A DNA stretch of 64,000 nt. It comes from Leptonemataceae bacterium (GTDB lineage: Bacteria > Spirochaetota > Leptospiria > Leptospirales > Leptonemataceae). Position 1 is the stretch's first letter, and each line of letters starts with the position of its first letter. This document shows, one piece after another, positions 27,337 through 39,861 of this stretch. Made by a program: the position numbers and the translations under genes. The stretch spans positions 4,096,001 through 4,160,000 of the forward strand of contig OZ245742.1 of NCBI GenBank assembly GCA_965227295.1, written 5' to 3'. The notes beneath the pieces were generated by a model. That model was not told the origin of the DNA and did no database searches. It was given only the letters and a program-made list of their open reading frames with translations.

Positions 27337-27825
27337 CTAACCGGCGTTCTTTTTTGATTGTCTGGACGATTTTTTGGCGGCGGTTTTCTTGCGCGCGGAT
27401 GCCTGAGGTTTCGTTGCGGCCGGCCGTGAGCGTTTCCCGGGCTGCGCCTCTTCCACGGCTTTGAGGGCGGCCAGGCAGATGGCCCGGGCGGCGGTGGGCG
27501 CGACGGCCTTGAAGAGCAGGGCCGCGGCCTTGCTTTTGCCCGGTTGTTTGATCAGCGTGCACTCGAAGTTCCCGTCCAGCTCCGGACGTTGCGACAGACA
27601 TTCGAGGCGAATTTTCTTTGCGGCCAGCGCCGTGAGCACCTCTTCGACAGCCGTGGAGGCGTCGTCGGAGTACGCGGGAATAAAACCATGACCGCGGCTG
27701 TGACGGAAGCCGTATTCGCCGCGGTCCGGCCAGAGGCGATCGTGGCGATTGCGGACCCAGCCCATGACGTGTTCGGCCACCCGGGCGTCGAGCTTGAAGT
27801 CGCTATGTTCGATGGGTCTGCGCAC
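27337..27825 (-). CDS. Phage ABA-sandwich (BC1872-like) domain protein with Lys/Ala-rich tail
   Basis: LDARVAEHVMGW, PAYS.D...A, A.TAARAICLAALKA; GTG start at 27825 assumed. Confidence 0.7.
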   Translation of the reverse strand: MRRPIEHSDFKLDARVAEHVMGWVRNRHDRLWPDRGEYGFRHSRGHGFIPAYSDDASTAVEEVLTALAAKKIRLECLSQRPELDGNFECTLIKQPGKSKAAALLFKAVAPTAARAICLAALKAVEEAQPGKRSRPAATKPQASARKKTAAKKSSRQSKKNAG

Positions 27826-27927
27826 TGCTATAAGTATCGGCCGGCGCGCGTTTCGCGGCCGTGCGAATCCGGGAAAATATTTACGAAAATCGATTGCGGG
27901 CCGGCTCGCGGGGATCACAGTCCGGGC

Positions 27928-28830
27928 ATGCGCATTTCGATCATCGTGCCCACTCTCAACGAAGAAGAGTTCCTTCCGGTCTTGCTTGAGTCCGTAAAAA
28001 AACAGTCCTTCACGGATTACGAAATCATTGTGGCCGATGCAGGCTCCACGGATCGCACCGCGAAAATCGCGAAGAGTTACGGGGCGCAGGTGGTGCCCGG
28101 CGGCATGCCCGGTCCGGGACGGAACCGCGGCGCCGAGGTGGCCCAGGGGGAGTTCTTATTCTTCTTCGATGCCGACGTCGAACTGGAGGACCGCGACTTT
28201 CTTGCGAAGGCTCTCTCCGAACTGGACGAACGTTTCCTGGACGTGGCCACCTGCGAGTTCTGGCCGAAATCGGACCTGCGCCTGGACGACGTCATGTTTC
28301 GTGTCACGAATCTTTCCATGAAAATGAACGAGTCTATCAGCCCGCGCGCACCGGGCTTCTGTATCCTGATCACCCGGCGCCTCTTCCGACGCATCAATGG
28401 ATTCGACGAAACACTGAAGCTGGCCGAGGACCACGATCTCGTGCAGCGCGCCGCGGAGTTTCGCACGTTTCGCGTACTGAAAAATTCTTCTATTAAAGTG
28501 AGCATCCGCCGCCTGGAAAAAGAAGGCCGCTTCGCCCTCACGCAAAAGTATCTCCAGGTGGAAATGCATCTGCTCTTTAAGGGCAACATTCGCGACGAAA
28601 TCGTGGAATACGAGTTCGGCAACTTCGGAAACGAGAAAGACGGCAAGGGCATTCTGGATCGCCTGGAAAGCTCGATCATCGATCTGGAAAAGGCCTACGA
28701 TCGGCAGTTCGGCAAGAACGCGGACGGCGATACGGCGGACGACAAGACCGGCGACTCCGCCTTCGAAAAACTGCGTTCCGGCTTCGACAGCGCCGTGAAG
28801 TCCCTGGGCGATCTGCTAAAGGTACGATGA
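27928..28830 (+). CDS. Glycosyltransferase family 2
   Basis: ISIIVPTLNEE, IIVADAGSTDRT, RNRGA, FFDAD, GFDE...AED. Confidence 0.92.
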   Translation: MRISIIVPTLNEEEFLPVLLESVKKQSFTDYEIIVADAGSTDRTAKIAKSYGAQVVPGGMPGPGRNRGAEVAQGEFLFFFDADVELEDRDFLAKALSELDERFLDVATCEFWPKSDLRLDDVMFRVTNLSMKMNESISPRAPGFCILITRRLFRRINGFDETLKLAEDHDLVQRAAEFRTFRVLKNSSIKVSIRRLEKEGRFALTQKYLQVEMHLLFKGNIRDEIVEYEFGNFGNEKDGKGILDRLESSIIDLEKAYDRQFGKNADGDTADDKTGDSAFEKLRSGFDSAVKSLGDLLKVR

Positions 28831-28837
28831 TCGAACG

Positions 28838-30538
28838 TTAGAGTCCGATGCCGAACGCCGAGTTCCCCTGCTCGCCGGTAATCGTGACGTCGGCATCGGC
28901 CGGCCCGCTGACATGGGCAAACCCCGGCCGGCCGTAGAAAATATAAATGCGCCCCTGGAAGAGTCCGAGCCCGCCGTCGAGGCGGTGCGCGCCGACGACC
29001 AGGTCCGCAATCCCGTCGCGATTCAGGTCCGCCGTCGCGGCGATGTTCCCGAAGCCGCCGTTGGCCGTATCCCCCACCAGGATCTGTGTCGCGGCCGCAT
29101 CCGTAAAAGTGGCCGGCGGTGTTCCGTCATAAATGTACAGTCTTCCCAGCGAAGACGAAAACGACGGAGCAAAGTATACGATCTCATCGACGTTATCGCC
29201 GTCCGTATCGAAACACTGGATGATGGTGCCGCTCGTCGGTTTGCCGGACGCGTCGGCGGCCGAGTCCAGGCGGTCGAAGCTCGCGACAGACGAGCCCATA
29301 AAGAAGTACATCTGCGGCGAGACGCTGCTTTCCACGGCGAAATCCGTTACGCCGTCGTTGTTGATATCACAGGCCTCCGGTGCGGTACCGAACTCATCCG
29401 CGAGAGTTCCGGTAAACGTTGCCGCAGATAAACTTAGCGCAGAACCGGACAGACCGTCCGTACGCCCGTGAATGACGTACGCGCGGCCGTTATTGGCGCC
29501 GGAGGCGTAGCCCGCGGCACCGACGATCAGGTCCGCGAAATTGTCGTCGTTGAAGTATCCGATGTCCGAAGCCACGGCGAGGGTGTCGCCGGTGTTTTCC
29601 GCATCCAGCAGAAAGTCCGCCGCCTGGGCGTTGCGGCTGCTGATGCCCGACGCCGTACCGTAGTGGAGAAAAAGATTGTTCTGCCCCTGAATACGCGCGG
29701 CAAGATCCGCGAAGCCGTCGCCGTTCAAATCGCCGACGGATATGGACCGGGCCTGGCCGAAGAACGCGGTGGTCTGAGATTCGATCAGGGTGTTCGCGGT
29801 ACTCACGCTCCGATCGCCGGAGAACCGCGTGCTGCCTCCGTGAAAGATGTAGACCGCGCCGGCGCTGCCCACGGGAACCGAGCGATCCCGCGCGGGCACG
29901 AAGATATCGGCATAACCGTCGCCGTTCACGTCGCCGAAGAGAATGCGGCTGCCGAAGTTCTCGCCGCTCACCACGCCGGAAATCGTCGCGTCGGCGGACG
30001 CGGCGGAGGTCACCGAAGAAAACGAGCTGTCCGGTGAATAGAAGATATAGACCCGCCCCTCGTTCGTTGCGTTTGTATCGTAGAGTTCGGCTCCAACCAC
30101 CAGGTCCGCGTAGCCGTCGCCGTCCAGGTCGCGATTTTCACCGGTGCGCACGGTGGCGCTGACCGTAGCGGACTCGTTCCAGAACACGGACGACGTGCGG
30201 ATGAAGACGGCGTGACTCGTCCCGGGCCGCACCGACGGCCAGCGAAAGCGCCAGGAAGTACCGTCCGCATCGAAGGTGGCCGGTTGATAAGCCCCGCCGT
30301 CGATGGAGACCTCGACACCCCGGCCGCCGGAGAGCGCCGGCACGGTGCCGGTAATGAAGCCGCTGTTGATTTGCCCGCCTTCGACGAGATTCACGTTCTC
30401 CGGCCCGAGGGGTTTGCCCCAGATGAAAAATGCCGCGGGCTGGCAGAACACGTCCGCGGCGGTGCAACTGCTCTCCGTCCCGCTGCAGTGCGCGCCCAGG
30501 AACAGTGCGCAGCTAAAAACTAAAGTTGCTCGAATCAT
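28838..30538 (-). CDS. FG-GAP/integrin-alpha-repeat lipoprotein
   Basis: Signal peptide ending FLGAHC; repeated D.NGDG.AD..VGA...G..Y.F.G blades. Confidence 0.88.
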   Translation of the reverse strand: MIRATLVFSCALFLGAHCSGTESSCTAADVFCQPAAFFIWGKPLGPENVNLVEGGQINSGFITGTVPALSGGRGVEVSIDGGAYQPATFDADGTSWRFRWPSVRPGTSHAVFIRTSSVFWNESATVSATVRTGENRDLDGDGYADLVVGAELYDTNATNEGRVYIFYSPDSSFSSVTSAASADATISGVVSGENFGSRILFGDVNGDGYADIFVPARDRSVPVGSAGAVYIFHGGSTRFSGDRSVSTANTLIESQTTAFFGQARSISVGDLNGDGFADLAARIQGQNNLFLHYGTASGISSRNAQAADFLLDAENTGDTLAVASDIGYFNDDNFADLIVGAAGYASGANNGRAYVIHGRTDGLSGSALSLSAATFTGTLADEFGTAPEACDINNDGVTDFAVESSVSPQMYFFMGSSVASFDRLDSAADASGKPTSGTIIQCFDTDGDNVDEIVYFAPSFSSSLGRLYIYDGTPPATFTDAAATQILVGDTANGGFGNIAATADLNRDGIADLVVGAHRLDGGLGLFQGRIYIFYGRPGFAHVSGPADADVTITGEQGNSAFGIGL

Positions 30539-30541
30539 AAG

Positions 30542-31894
30542 TTAACGTTTTAGAAAGTCGCGGTACCACAGCCCGCTGTCTTTGATGGTTCGTTTCTGCG
30601 TTTCGAAATCGACATGCACGATGCCGAAACGTTTTGCGTAGCCTTCGCGCCATTCCAGGTTGTCCAGCAGGCTCCAGGCGAAGTAGCCCGTGAGATTGAC
30701 GCCTTCCTGCTGCGCCTGGAGACAGCGCGCGAGATAGTTCCGATAATAGGCGACGCGGCGTTCGTCGCGCACGCGGCCGTCCGCCCCGGGCCCTTCCGGA
30801 AACGCCGCGCCGTTTTCAGTGATCATGAGCGCGGGAATTTCCGGATAGTCGCCGAACTTTTTCAGGATTTGATAGATGCCCGGAGGATAGATTTCCCAGC
30901 CCATGTCCGTACGCTCGGCGTGTTTCGGTAACTTCTGCTCGCGGAACTTTAAGAACGGCACGTACCAGGCCGGACGCACCACGGCGCGGGAGTAATGGTT
31001 GATACCCAGGAAGTGAAACGGAAACTGCACGGTGTCCATGTCGCCGTCTTCGATGTAGCGTTCCATTTTGCGCAGCACGGGCAAGGACTCCACGGGATAG
31101 CCGCGACCGACGACCGGGTCCACGTAGAGGCGATTGAAAAACGCGTCGTGACGCTCCAGGGCCCGTATGTCCCGCGGCCCGTCGGAGCGCGGGTAGCCGG
31201 CGAGCGTGGAAATCGTGGTGCCGATGTTTGCGCCCGGACGTTCGGCGGCCACGGCCCGGGCAGCGCGGCCCTGGGCGAGCATGCAGTAGTGTGATGCCTT
31301 GAGCAGCGTTCGCAGGCCGAAGCGTTGCGGGGGGAAGTACCGAATGCCGTAGCCGAGCATGAGAAAGACGAAGGGTTCGTTGATGATGATCCAGTCTTCG
31401 ACAAGATCGCCCAACTCCCTTGCACACGTTTGCGCATACTCCGCGAAGTGGTCGGCGATTTCCCGCGAGGCCCAGCCGCCGCGGCGTTCCAGTTCCAGTG
31501 GCAGGTCCCAGTGATACAACGTGGCATAAGGACGGATGCCGGCGGAGTGCAGTGCTTCGGCCAGGCGTTTGTAAAAGTCCATGCCCTTCGCATTCAAACC
31601 GCCCGCGCGCGTGCCGTCGGGAAAAACACGTGGCCACGAGATGGAAAAACGATACGCATCCAGGCCCAACTCGCTCATGAGCGCGACGTCTTCGCGCACA
31701 CGATGATAATGATCGCAGGCGACGTTGCCGGTGTCGCCGTTTTTGATTTTCCCGCGCCGGGCAAAATCGTCCCAGATGGACGGTCCCTTGCCGTCTTCGT
31801 CATGGGCCCCTTCGATCTGATACGAGGCCGTGGCCGCGCCCCATACGAAATCCTTTCCGAAATCCGAGGCGCGCAGTTCCGTGACTTCGTTCAT
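30542..31894 (-). CDS. GH1 beta-glucosidase
   Basis: FVWGAATASYQIEG, YRFSISWPR, TLYHWDLP, INEP, ITENG, WSLLDNLEW. Confidence 0.96.
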   Translation of the reverse strand: MNEVTELRASDFGKDFVWGAATASYQIEGAHDEDGKGPSIWDDFARRGKIKNGDTGNVACDHYHRVREDVALMSELGLDAYRFSISWPRVFPDGTRAGGLNAKGMDFYKRLAEALHSAGIRPYATLYHWDLPLELERRGGWASREIADHFAEYAQTCARELGDLVEDWIIINEPFVFLMLGYGIRYFPPQRFGLRTLLKASHYCMLAQGRAARAVAAERPGANIGTTISTLAGYPRSDGPRDIRALERHDAFFNRLYVDPVVGRGYPVESLPVLRKMERYIEDGDMDTVQFPFHFLGINHYSRAVVRPAWYVPFLKFREQKLPKHAERTDMGWEIYPPGIYQILKKFGDYPEIPALMITENGAAFPEGPGADGRVRDERRVAYYRNYLARCLQAQQEGVNLTGYFAWSLLDNLEWREGYAKRFGIVHVDFETQKRTIKDSGLWYRDFLKR

Positions 31895-32036
31895 GCGTAC
31901 GCAGAGTACAGACGAAGCACGAGCACCGCAACAGGAAATATCATGCAAAACCGAAGCATCTTTTCGTCGGCGGCTCCGGCTTCGTCGGGAATTTCGTGCT
32001 TTCCCGGAGACACCGTCGTGATGCCATCGACCGCTC

Positions 32037-34463
<2,427 letters not shown>

Positions 34464-34511
34464 AGGCAAATGTCTGTTGCGCCACGATTCGCCGTACATC
34501 TAATTGCTCGT

Positions 34512-36290
34512 ATGCGTTTTTGTCTTGTTGCCGTTTCGATTTTTCTGCTCGCCGCCTGCGGGCCGCGCCCCGTGGTTCTGGACGGCATCGAGGTGCCGGC
34601 CGGAGAACTCAGCCGGCCGAAGACCGGAAGTCACAGCCGCTACTGGACGCGCTCCCAAAAATACATGATCGCCACCGACGCCCCCGAGGCCTCCGCGGCC
34701 GGCGTGGAGATGTACGAGGCCGGCGGCAACATCGTCGACGCGGCGGTGGCCGTGAGTTTTGCCATTTCAGTGGTACGCCCGCAATCCACCGGTCTCGGCG
34801 GCGGCGGATTTTTGGTCCTGCACCTCGCCGATTCAGAACGCACCGAGTCTTTTGATTTTCGCGAGCGCGCGCCGCTCTCCGCTCACCGCGACATGTACCT
34901 CGACGAAGACGGTACGGTCTCCAAAGAAGATCAAGCGTCGCTCTTCGGGCCGCGGGCAGTGGGCGTTCCAGGAACCGTCGCAGGACTCGTGGAGATCCAT
35001 GCGAAGTACGGCAAACTACCGCTCGCGAAAACCATTGAACCGGCGCTGCGCCTGGCCCGGGACGGCTTCCCGGTTTACCCGGACTTGAAACGTTCCATTA
35101 TGCTGGCCCGGACGGACTTCGACGATGAGATGGCCCGGGTCTTTCTGCCCGGCGGACGACTCCCCGACGTCGGCGACGTTCTCGTACAAAGTGATCTTGC
35201 AAAGACATTAAGAATCGTAGCCGAGAACGGCAGGGCACCGCTCTATTCCGCGGACGGCGAAATCGCGAAGGCCCTGGCCGGGTACATGCAGGCGAACGGC
35301 GGTTTGATCACGACGAAGGATCTTACGCAGTACCGGGTCCTGGCCGGGCCACCGTTGCGAACGAAATACCGGGACCGTTTTGAAGTGGCGATTATGCCGC
35401 CGCCGTCCTCGGGCGTGTTCATCCTCGAGATGCTGCACATGCTCGAAACGAAAGACCTGCGTGCGCTTTATGAAAGCGACCGCGTGCAATACGAACACTT
35501 CCTGGCCGAGGTCTTTCGCCGGGGGTACGCCGATCGCGCCGCCTACGGCGGGGACGCACGCTTTTTTGACGTTCCCGCGGCGCAACTCACCTCGCGCCGG
35601 TACGCCCGGGAGCGAATTGCTAACTTTTCTCCGGAAAAAGTTACGGAAAACGCCGCGGTGGCGCCGGCAGTCCTCGCCCCGGCCCTCCCGGACGAATCCA
35701 ACGAGACCACGCACTTTTCGATCATGGACGCGGACGGCAACGCCGTGGCCTCGACACAGTCGGTGAACTACGGCTTCGGCGCCCGGGTGATGCTGCCGGG
35801 CTGGGGCATTGTGCTCAACGACACCATGGACGACTTCAGCAAGTCGCCGGGCGTGCCCAACGCCTATGGGTTGATCGGCGGGGAAGCCAACGCCATCGCC
35901 CCCGGTAAAACGCCGCTTTCGAGTATGTCACCGACGATCGTCTTCGACGAAGACGGCCGCGCTCTCATGGCCGTGGGCGCGCCGGGCGGCTCGCGCATTA
36001 TCACCGGCATCCTGCAAACCATGCTGCACGACCTCGATCTGGGTTTGCATCCCTACGTCTCCGTGGCCCGGGGACGCATCCATCACCAGTTTTTGCCGAA
36101 CAAGCTTTCCATCGCGGATTCTCCGCGCGGTCGGTCCCGGGCGGGCGCTCTGAAAAAACTGGGTCACGACACGGTCACGGCGCGCTGGCAGGCGAAAGTA
36201 TTTTTCGTGCGGCGGGATGAACAGGGCTTTGTCGGCGTTTCGGACCCGCGCGGGGACGGACAACCGATGGGCGAGCCGCCAGGGAATTAA
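34512..36290 (+). CDS. ggt: Gamma-glutamyltransferase (lipoprotein)
   Basis: Lipobox LLAAC, GGNIVDAAVA, GLGGGGF, DFRERAP, ETTHFS nucleophile, PLSSMSP, GAPGGSRI. Confidence 0.95.
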   Translation: MRFCLVAVSIFLLAACGPRPVVLDGIEVPAGELSRPKTGSHSRYWTRSQKYMIATDAPEASAAGVEMYEAGGNIVDAAVAVSFAISVVRPQSTGLGGGGFLVLHLADSERTESFDFRERAPLSAHRDMYLDEDGTVSKEDQASLFGPRAVGVPGTVAGLVEIHAKYGKLPLAKTIEPALRLARDGFPVYPDLKRSIMLARTDFDDEMARVFLPGGRLPDVGDVLVQSDLAKTLRIVAENGRAPLYSADGEIAKALAGYMQANGGLITTKDLTQYRVLAGPPLRTKYRDRFEVAIMPPPSSGVFILEMLHMLETKDLRALYESDRVQYEHFLAEVFRRGYADRAAYGGDARFFDVPAAQLTSRRYARERIANFSPEKVTENAAVAPAVLAPALPDESNETTHFSIMDADGNAVASTQSVNYGFGARVMLPGWGIVLNDTMDDFSKSPGVPNAYGLIGGEANAIAPGKTPLSSMSPTIVFDEDGRALMAVGAPGGSRIITGILQTMLHDLDLGLHPYVSVARGRIHHQFLPNKLSIADSPRGRSRAGALKKLGHDTVTARWQAKVFFVRRDEQGFVGVSDPRGDGQPMGEPPGN

Positions 36291-36321
36291 TACATTATTG
36301 TAGAAATCATCTGAAAATCTC

Positions 36322-37893
36322 ATGTCCCTTCCGAAAACCCTCATTCACACCAGCGATCGTTTCGGCCTGGAGCGCGAGAGCCTGCGCGTCGATAGCCGGG
36401 GCCGCCTCTCGTTGAACCCGCATCCACGGGAACTGGGTTCCTCGCTTACATCCCCTTTTATAACGACGGACTTCAGCGAGTCTCAGATCGAGTTTACGAC
36501 GAGCGCCCACGCGAAACCCGACGCCGTGCTCCGGGAACTCGAACAACTGCAGTACTTCACGCAGGAAAACCTGGATCGTTCCGGGGAGTTGCTCTGGCCG
36601 CTCAGCATGCCGGCGGAGTTGCCCGCCGAGGGACGCATCCCCATTGCCTGGTACGGGCCCTCGGAGGTCGGCCGACGCAAACACGTGTATCGCCAGGGCC
36701 TGGCCCGGCGTTACGGCCGGCGCATGCAGACGGTCTCCGGCGTGCACTTTAACTTTTCCTTCGGCGCGGACTTCTGGCAGGAACTCGGCGACCTGGCGCT
36801 GCGAACGCCGGCCTACTTCGGGATGATCCGTAACTTTCAACGAAGAGCAGTTTATTTTCTGTATCTCTTCGGCGGCAGCCCGGCTTTCGATAAATCGTTC
36901 CTGCCGCAAACGGCCATGCACGGCGAAGCCCTCACCCGCCCCGCGGCCGCCGAAGACGAGCGCCTGCGGACCGTCGGCTCGCGGACCTTCTTCGGCGAGT
37001 TTGCGACGTCGCTGCGCCAGAGTGAGATCGGCTATACGAACAGCAATCAGTGCGAGCTGGCGATTTCCTACGACTCGCTCGAAGAGTACGTGAGCACCAT
37101 GTGTACGGCGGTCAGTCGGCCGAACCCGGCCTTCTCGCGCTGGAGTTTCGAGAAGGGTCAGCAGTTGAACGATCACTTCTTGCAGATCGAAAACGAGCAC
37201 TACGGCGTCATCCGACCCAAGCAGAATCTGCGCGACGGGGAACGACCGCTCACGGCCCTGGAACGCCGGGGCGTCGCTTACTTAGAAGTCCGATGCCTGG
37301 ACCTGGATCCGTTCTGCGCCGGAGGCATCGATCGCGACCGCATGGATTTCACGCATCTCGTGTTGATGCACTGCCTGGAAAGCCCGTCGCCGGGACTTTC
37401 ACGGAAAGATTGCAGCCGTCAGCGAGACGAACATAAAAAGGTCGCCTGGTACGGGCGCAAACCGGGCCTCAAGATCTTCGACCTGGCGGAACACAAGAGC
37501 GTGGCGCTGCGCGACGCCGGACGACGCTGGCTGGACGCCCTGGAAGGCATCGCGGAGCGCCTGGACCGCGAAAGCGGCGGCAATCGTTATCGGAGCAGCC
37601 TCGACAATCAACGCGCTAAGTTTGCCGAAGTAGAACTTACGCCGTCGGCGCGCATCGTACGGGAAATGCACGAACAAAAAGCCGGGCACATCGACTACGG
37701 CCTGGAACTCGCTCACCGCCACGCTCGCAGCCTGAAGGACTTCGGCCGGCGGCTCTCCCCGGCGGTCCGGCGCAAACTGGAAAGCGCGGCAAGTCGGTCC
37801 CTGGAGCGCCAGGCCGAAATCGAAGCCCGGGCCGCGGAATTGCCGGCCGCCGGCGCCGCCCCGGAAGTCTGCACCGCCGGCTCCGGCGGCTAG
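36322..37893 (+). CDS. gshA: Glutamate--cysteine ligase
   Basis: GLERESLR, ITTDFSESQIEF, LWPLSMP, GVHFNFS, ATSLR, LQIENE.Y..IRPK, YLEVR.LDL.PF. Confidence 0.95.
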   Translation: MSLPKTLIHTSDRFGLERESLRVDSRGRLSLNPHPRELGSSLTSPFITTDFSESQIEFTTSAHAKPDAVLRELEQLQYFTQENLDRSGELLWPLSMPAELPAEGRIPIAWYGPSEVGRRKHVYRQGLARRYGRRMQTVSGVHFNFSFGADFWQELGDLALRTPAYFGMIRNFQRRAVYFLYLFGGSPAFDKSFLPQTAMHGEALTRPAAAEDERLRTVGSRTFFGEFATSLRQSEIGYTNSNQCELAISYDSLEEYVSTMCTAVSRPNPAFSRWSFEKGQQLNDHFLQIENEHYGVIRPKQNLRDGERPLTALERRGVAYLEVRCLDLDPFCAGGIDRDRMDFTHLVLMHCLESPSPGLSRKDCSRQRDEHKKVAWYGRKPGLKIFDLAEHKSVALRDAGRRWLDALEGIAERLDRESGGNRYRSSLDNQRAKFAEVELTPSARIVREMHEQKAGHIDYGLELAHRHARSLKDFGRRLSPAVRRKLESAASRSLERQAEIEARAAELPAAGAAPEVCTAGSGG

Positions 37894-37912
37894 CTTTCAT
37901 TCAAGTAATCTT

Positions 37913-38911
37913 ATGAGCGAGTACACCCTCCCCGGATTCGAAGACCTCGAGATCTCGACGCAAATCGTGATTCGCGACGCCCGGGCCCGGGACATCCGGG
38001 TAGAGGTCCTGGATCGCAAGGCGCACTTCCTGCGACTCTCGAAGGGTGATCATGTTGAGTACGTGAAAGAGGCGAGTAAGACCCGTTTGGATTCGTACAT
38101 CACCTTTCTCTTGATGGAGCATAAGGAGATGTCGAAGATCATCCTGCAAGAAGGCGGCCTGCGCGTCCCGGCCGGACGGCAGTACCATGATCCCGAGGCG
38201 GTGTTCGCGGACCTGGAGTTCTGGAAGACGAAGCGGCCCGTGGTCAAACCCGTCGCCACGAATTTCGGCGTGGGCATCACGGTCTTCGCGGCGGACTTCG
38301 ACGACGACGCCTTCCGCGACGCCGTGCGGGAGGCGTTTTCTCACGGCGATTCCATCATCGTCGAAGAGTTCGCGGAGGGGGATGAGTTTCGTTTTCTCGT
38401 GATCGGCGACGTCTGCGCGGCCGTGGCAAACCGCGTACCGGCGAATGTTAAGGGCGACGGTACTTCTACGATTCGCGAGCTGGTGGTGAAGAAGAACGAG
38501 GACGTGCGGCGCGGCGTGGGACACGTGACGCCGCTGGAGAAGATCCAGCTCGCCGAAACGGAATTGAGTTACCTCAAGCGGCAGCAGCTGACACCGGAAG
38601 GCGTTCCGGACGCGAACGAGACGGTCTTTCTGCGCAAGAATTCGAACATCTCAACGGGCGGCGACTCCATCGATCGCACGGACGACGTGCATGCGAGCTA
38701 CAAGGACCTGGCCGTACGGGCGGCGGCGGCAGCAAACGCTAAGATCTGCGGAGTGGACATTATGATCCCGCACCCGGAACGGCCGGCCACGGCGGACAAC
38801 TACGCGATATTGGAGATCAACTTCAATCCGGTTCTGTACATTCACAATTTTCCGTACGAGGGAAAGAATCGCGACGTGGGGAATCTGATCCTGGATGCGC
38901 TGGGGTTTTAG
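37913..38911 (+). CDS. ATP-grasp glutathione synthetase, stand-alone homolog of the GshF C-terminal domain
   Basis: LEISTQ, HVEYVK.A..T..DSY, VVKP..TNFG.GIT, RVPANV.GDG..TI.ELV..KN, NSNISTGGDSID.TD, GVD, EINFNP. Confidence 0.88.
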   Translation: MSEYTLPGFEDLEISTQIVIRDARARDIRVEVLDRKAHFLRLSKGDHVEYVKEASKTRLDSYITFLLMEHKEMSKIILQEGGLRVPAGRQYHDPEAVFADLEFWKTKRPVVKPVATNFGVGITVFAADFDDDAFRDAVREAFSHGDSIIVEEFAEGDEFRFLVIGDVCAAVANRVPANVKGDGTSTIRELVVKKNEDVRRGVGHVTPLEKIQLAETELSYLKRQQLTPEGVPDANETVFLRKNSNISTGGDSIDRTDDVHASYKDLAVRAAAAANAKICGVDIMIPHPERPATADNYAILEINFNPVLYIHNFPYEGKNRDVGNLILDALGF

Positions 38912-38919
38912 GATGATAC

Positions 38920-38964
38920 ACTCCGAGGACCGGGGCAACCTCGGCCCCTCGGTCCTCGGAGTCA
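38920..38964. repeat. REP-like inverted pair ACTCCGAGGACCG/CGGTCCTCGGAGT, probable bidirectional terminator
   Basis: 13-bp perfect inverted repeat between convergent genes; the same unit recurs at about 53.0 and 55.7 kb. Confidence 0.75.
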
Positions 38965-39219
38965 AACCCCGGCCGTGAACTTAGCACGCAGATATTGAAT
39001 GATGTCCGCGCTCTCGTACATGCTCACGTCGCCGTCCGTAAGAAACGGTACCTGGTTGCGGCCGCCGATGGCCAGCATCTCCTCCCGGCCCTCGGAGCCG
39101 CGCGGGGCGTGTACGAGTTCGTAGTCCCGCCCTTCGGTGAGACCGAGGCGCCGCGCTTCGCTTACCACCATCACGCAGAACGGGCACGAGCTGGTCTGGT
39201 AGATGCGGACCACTTTCAA
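38962..39219 (-). CDS. Dithiol glutaredoxin/GST N-terminal-domain protein
   Basis: CPFC, GGRNQVPFL, MYESADIIQYL. Confidence 0.88.
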   Translation of the reverse strand: MKVVRIYQTSSCPFCVMVVSEARRLGLTEGRDYELVHAPRGSEGREEMLAIGGRNQVPFLTDGDVSMYESADIIQYLRAKFTAGV

Positions 39220-39540
39220 TTAGCCCAGCATCTTCTGGAGTTCGCCGGACTGCGCCATCTGCACGACGATGTCGTGACCGCCGACGAACTCGCCGTCGAC
39301 ATACAGCTGCGGGATGGTCGGCCAGTTGGCGTATTCTTTGATGCCCTGGCGTACGCCCTCGTCGGCCAGGACGTTGAAGGAACCGTAGTCCGCGCCAACC
39401 TGATTCAGGACGCTGACCACGCCCGCGGAAAAACCGCACATGGGTTGCTGCGGCGTTCCCTTCATGAACAGAAAGATTTTTTTGGATTTAATGTTGGTTT
39501 CGATTTTATCTTTCAGTGCTTCGTCCATTCTGATGCTCAC
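39220..39540 (-). CDS. grxD: Monothiol glutaredoxin (Grx4)
   Basis: FMKGTP..PMCGFS, WPTIPQLY, FVGG.DI. An alternative start is at 39528. Confidence 0.95.
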   Translation of the reverse strand: MSIRMDEALKDKIETNIKSKKIFLFMKGTPQQPMCGFSAGVVSVLNQVGADYGSFNVLADEGVRQGIKEYANWPTIPQLYVDGEFVGGHDIVVQMAQSGELQKMLG

Positions 39541-39578
39541 TTTGATGATATAGTTGTGCGTTGATCCGGCCCCGACAC

Positions 39579-39803
39579 TCAGGTTACCCGCGTTTCGAGG
39601 GCCAGCGCGTGCAACTCGCCTTTCAGTTCTTCCTGAAAGAGATCGTACACCATGCGGTGTTGCTGGATGAGCGGCTTGCCTTCGAAGCCGGCGTAAACCA
39701 CGATTGCTTTGATGTGCACGCCGTCGTTCATGGGATCCAGAATCTCCACCTGCGATCCTTCGAGACCCTGCTCAATGCGTTGCTGTACTTCTGCAATAGT
39801 CAT
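39579..39803 (-). CDS. BolA/IbaG-family protein
   Basis: DGVH, FEGK.LIQQHRMVY, ELHAL. Confidence 0.9.
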   Translation of the reverse strand: MTIAEVQQRIEQGLEGSQVEILDPMNDGVHIKAIVVYAGFEGKPLIQQHRMVYDLFQEELKGELHALALETRVT

Positions 39804-39861
39804 ATTGTCTACACATGTAAGTAGCGCATTTCCGCGCATCCGAAAACCAAAAATTCCCCGC

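Noticed and set aside
27544..27927. N-terminal extensions of the GT2 ORF (similarly for wzm, GH1, the YadH-like permease and the second BolA)
   Set aside because: They overlap neighbouring real genes, and family homology starts at the downstream ATG.
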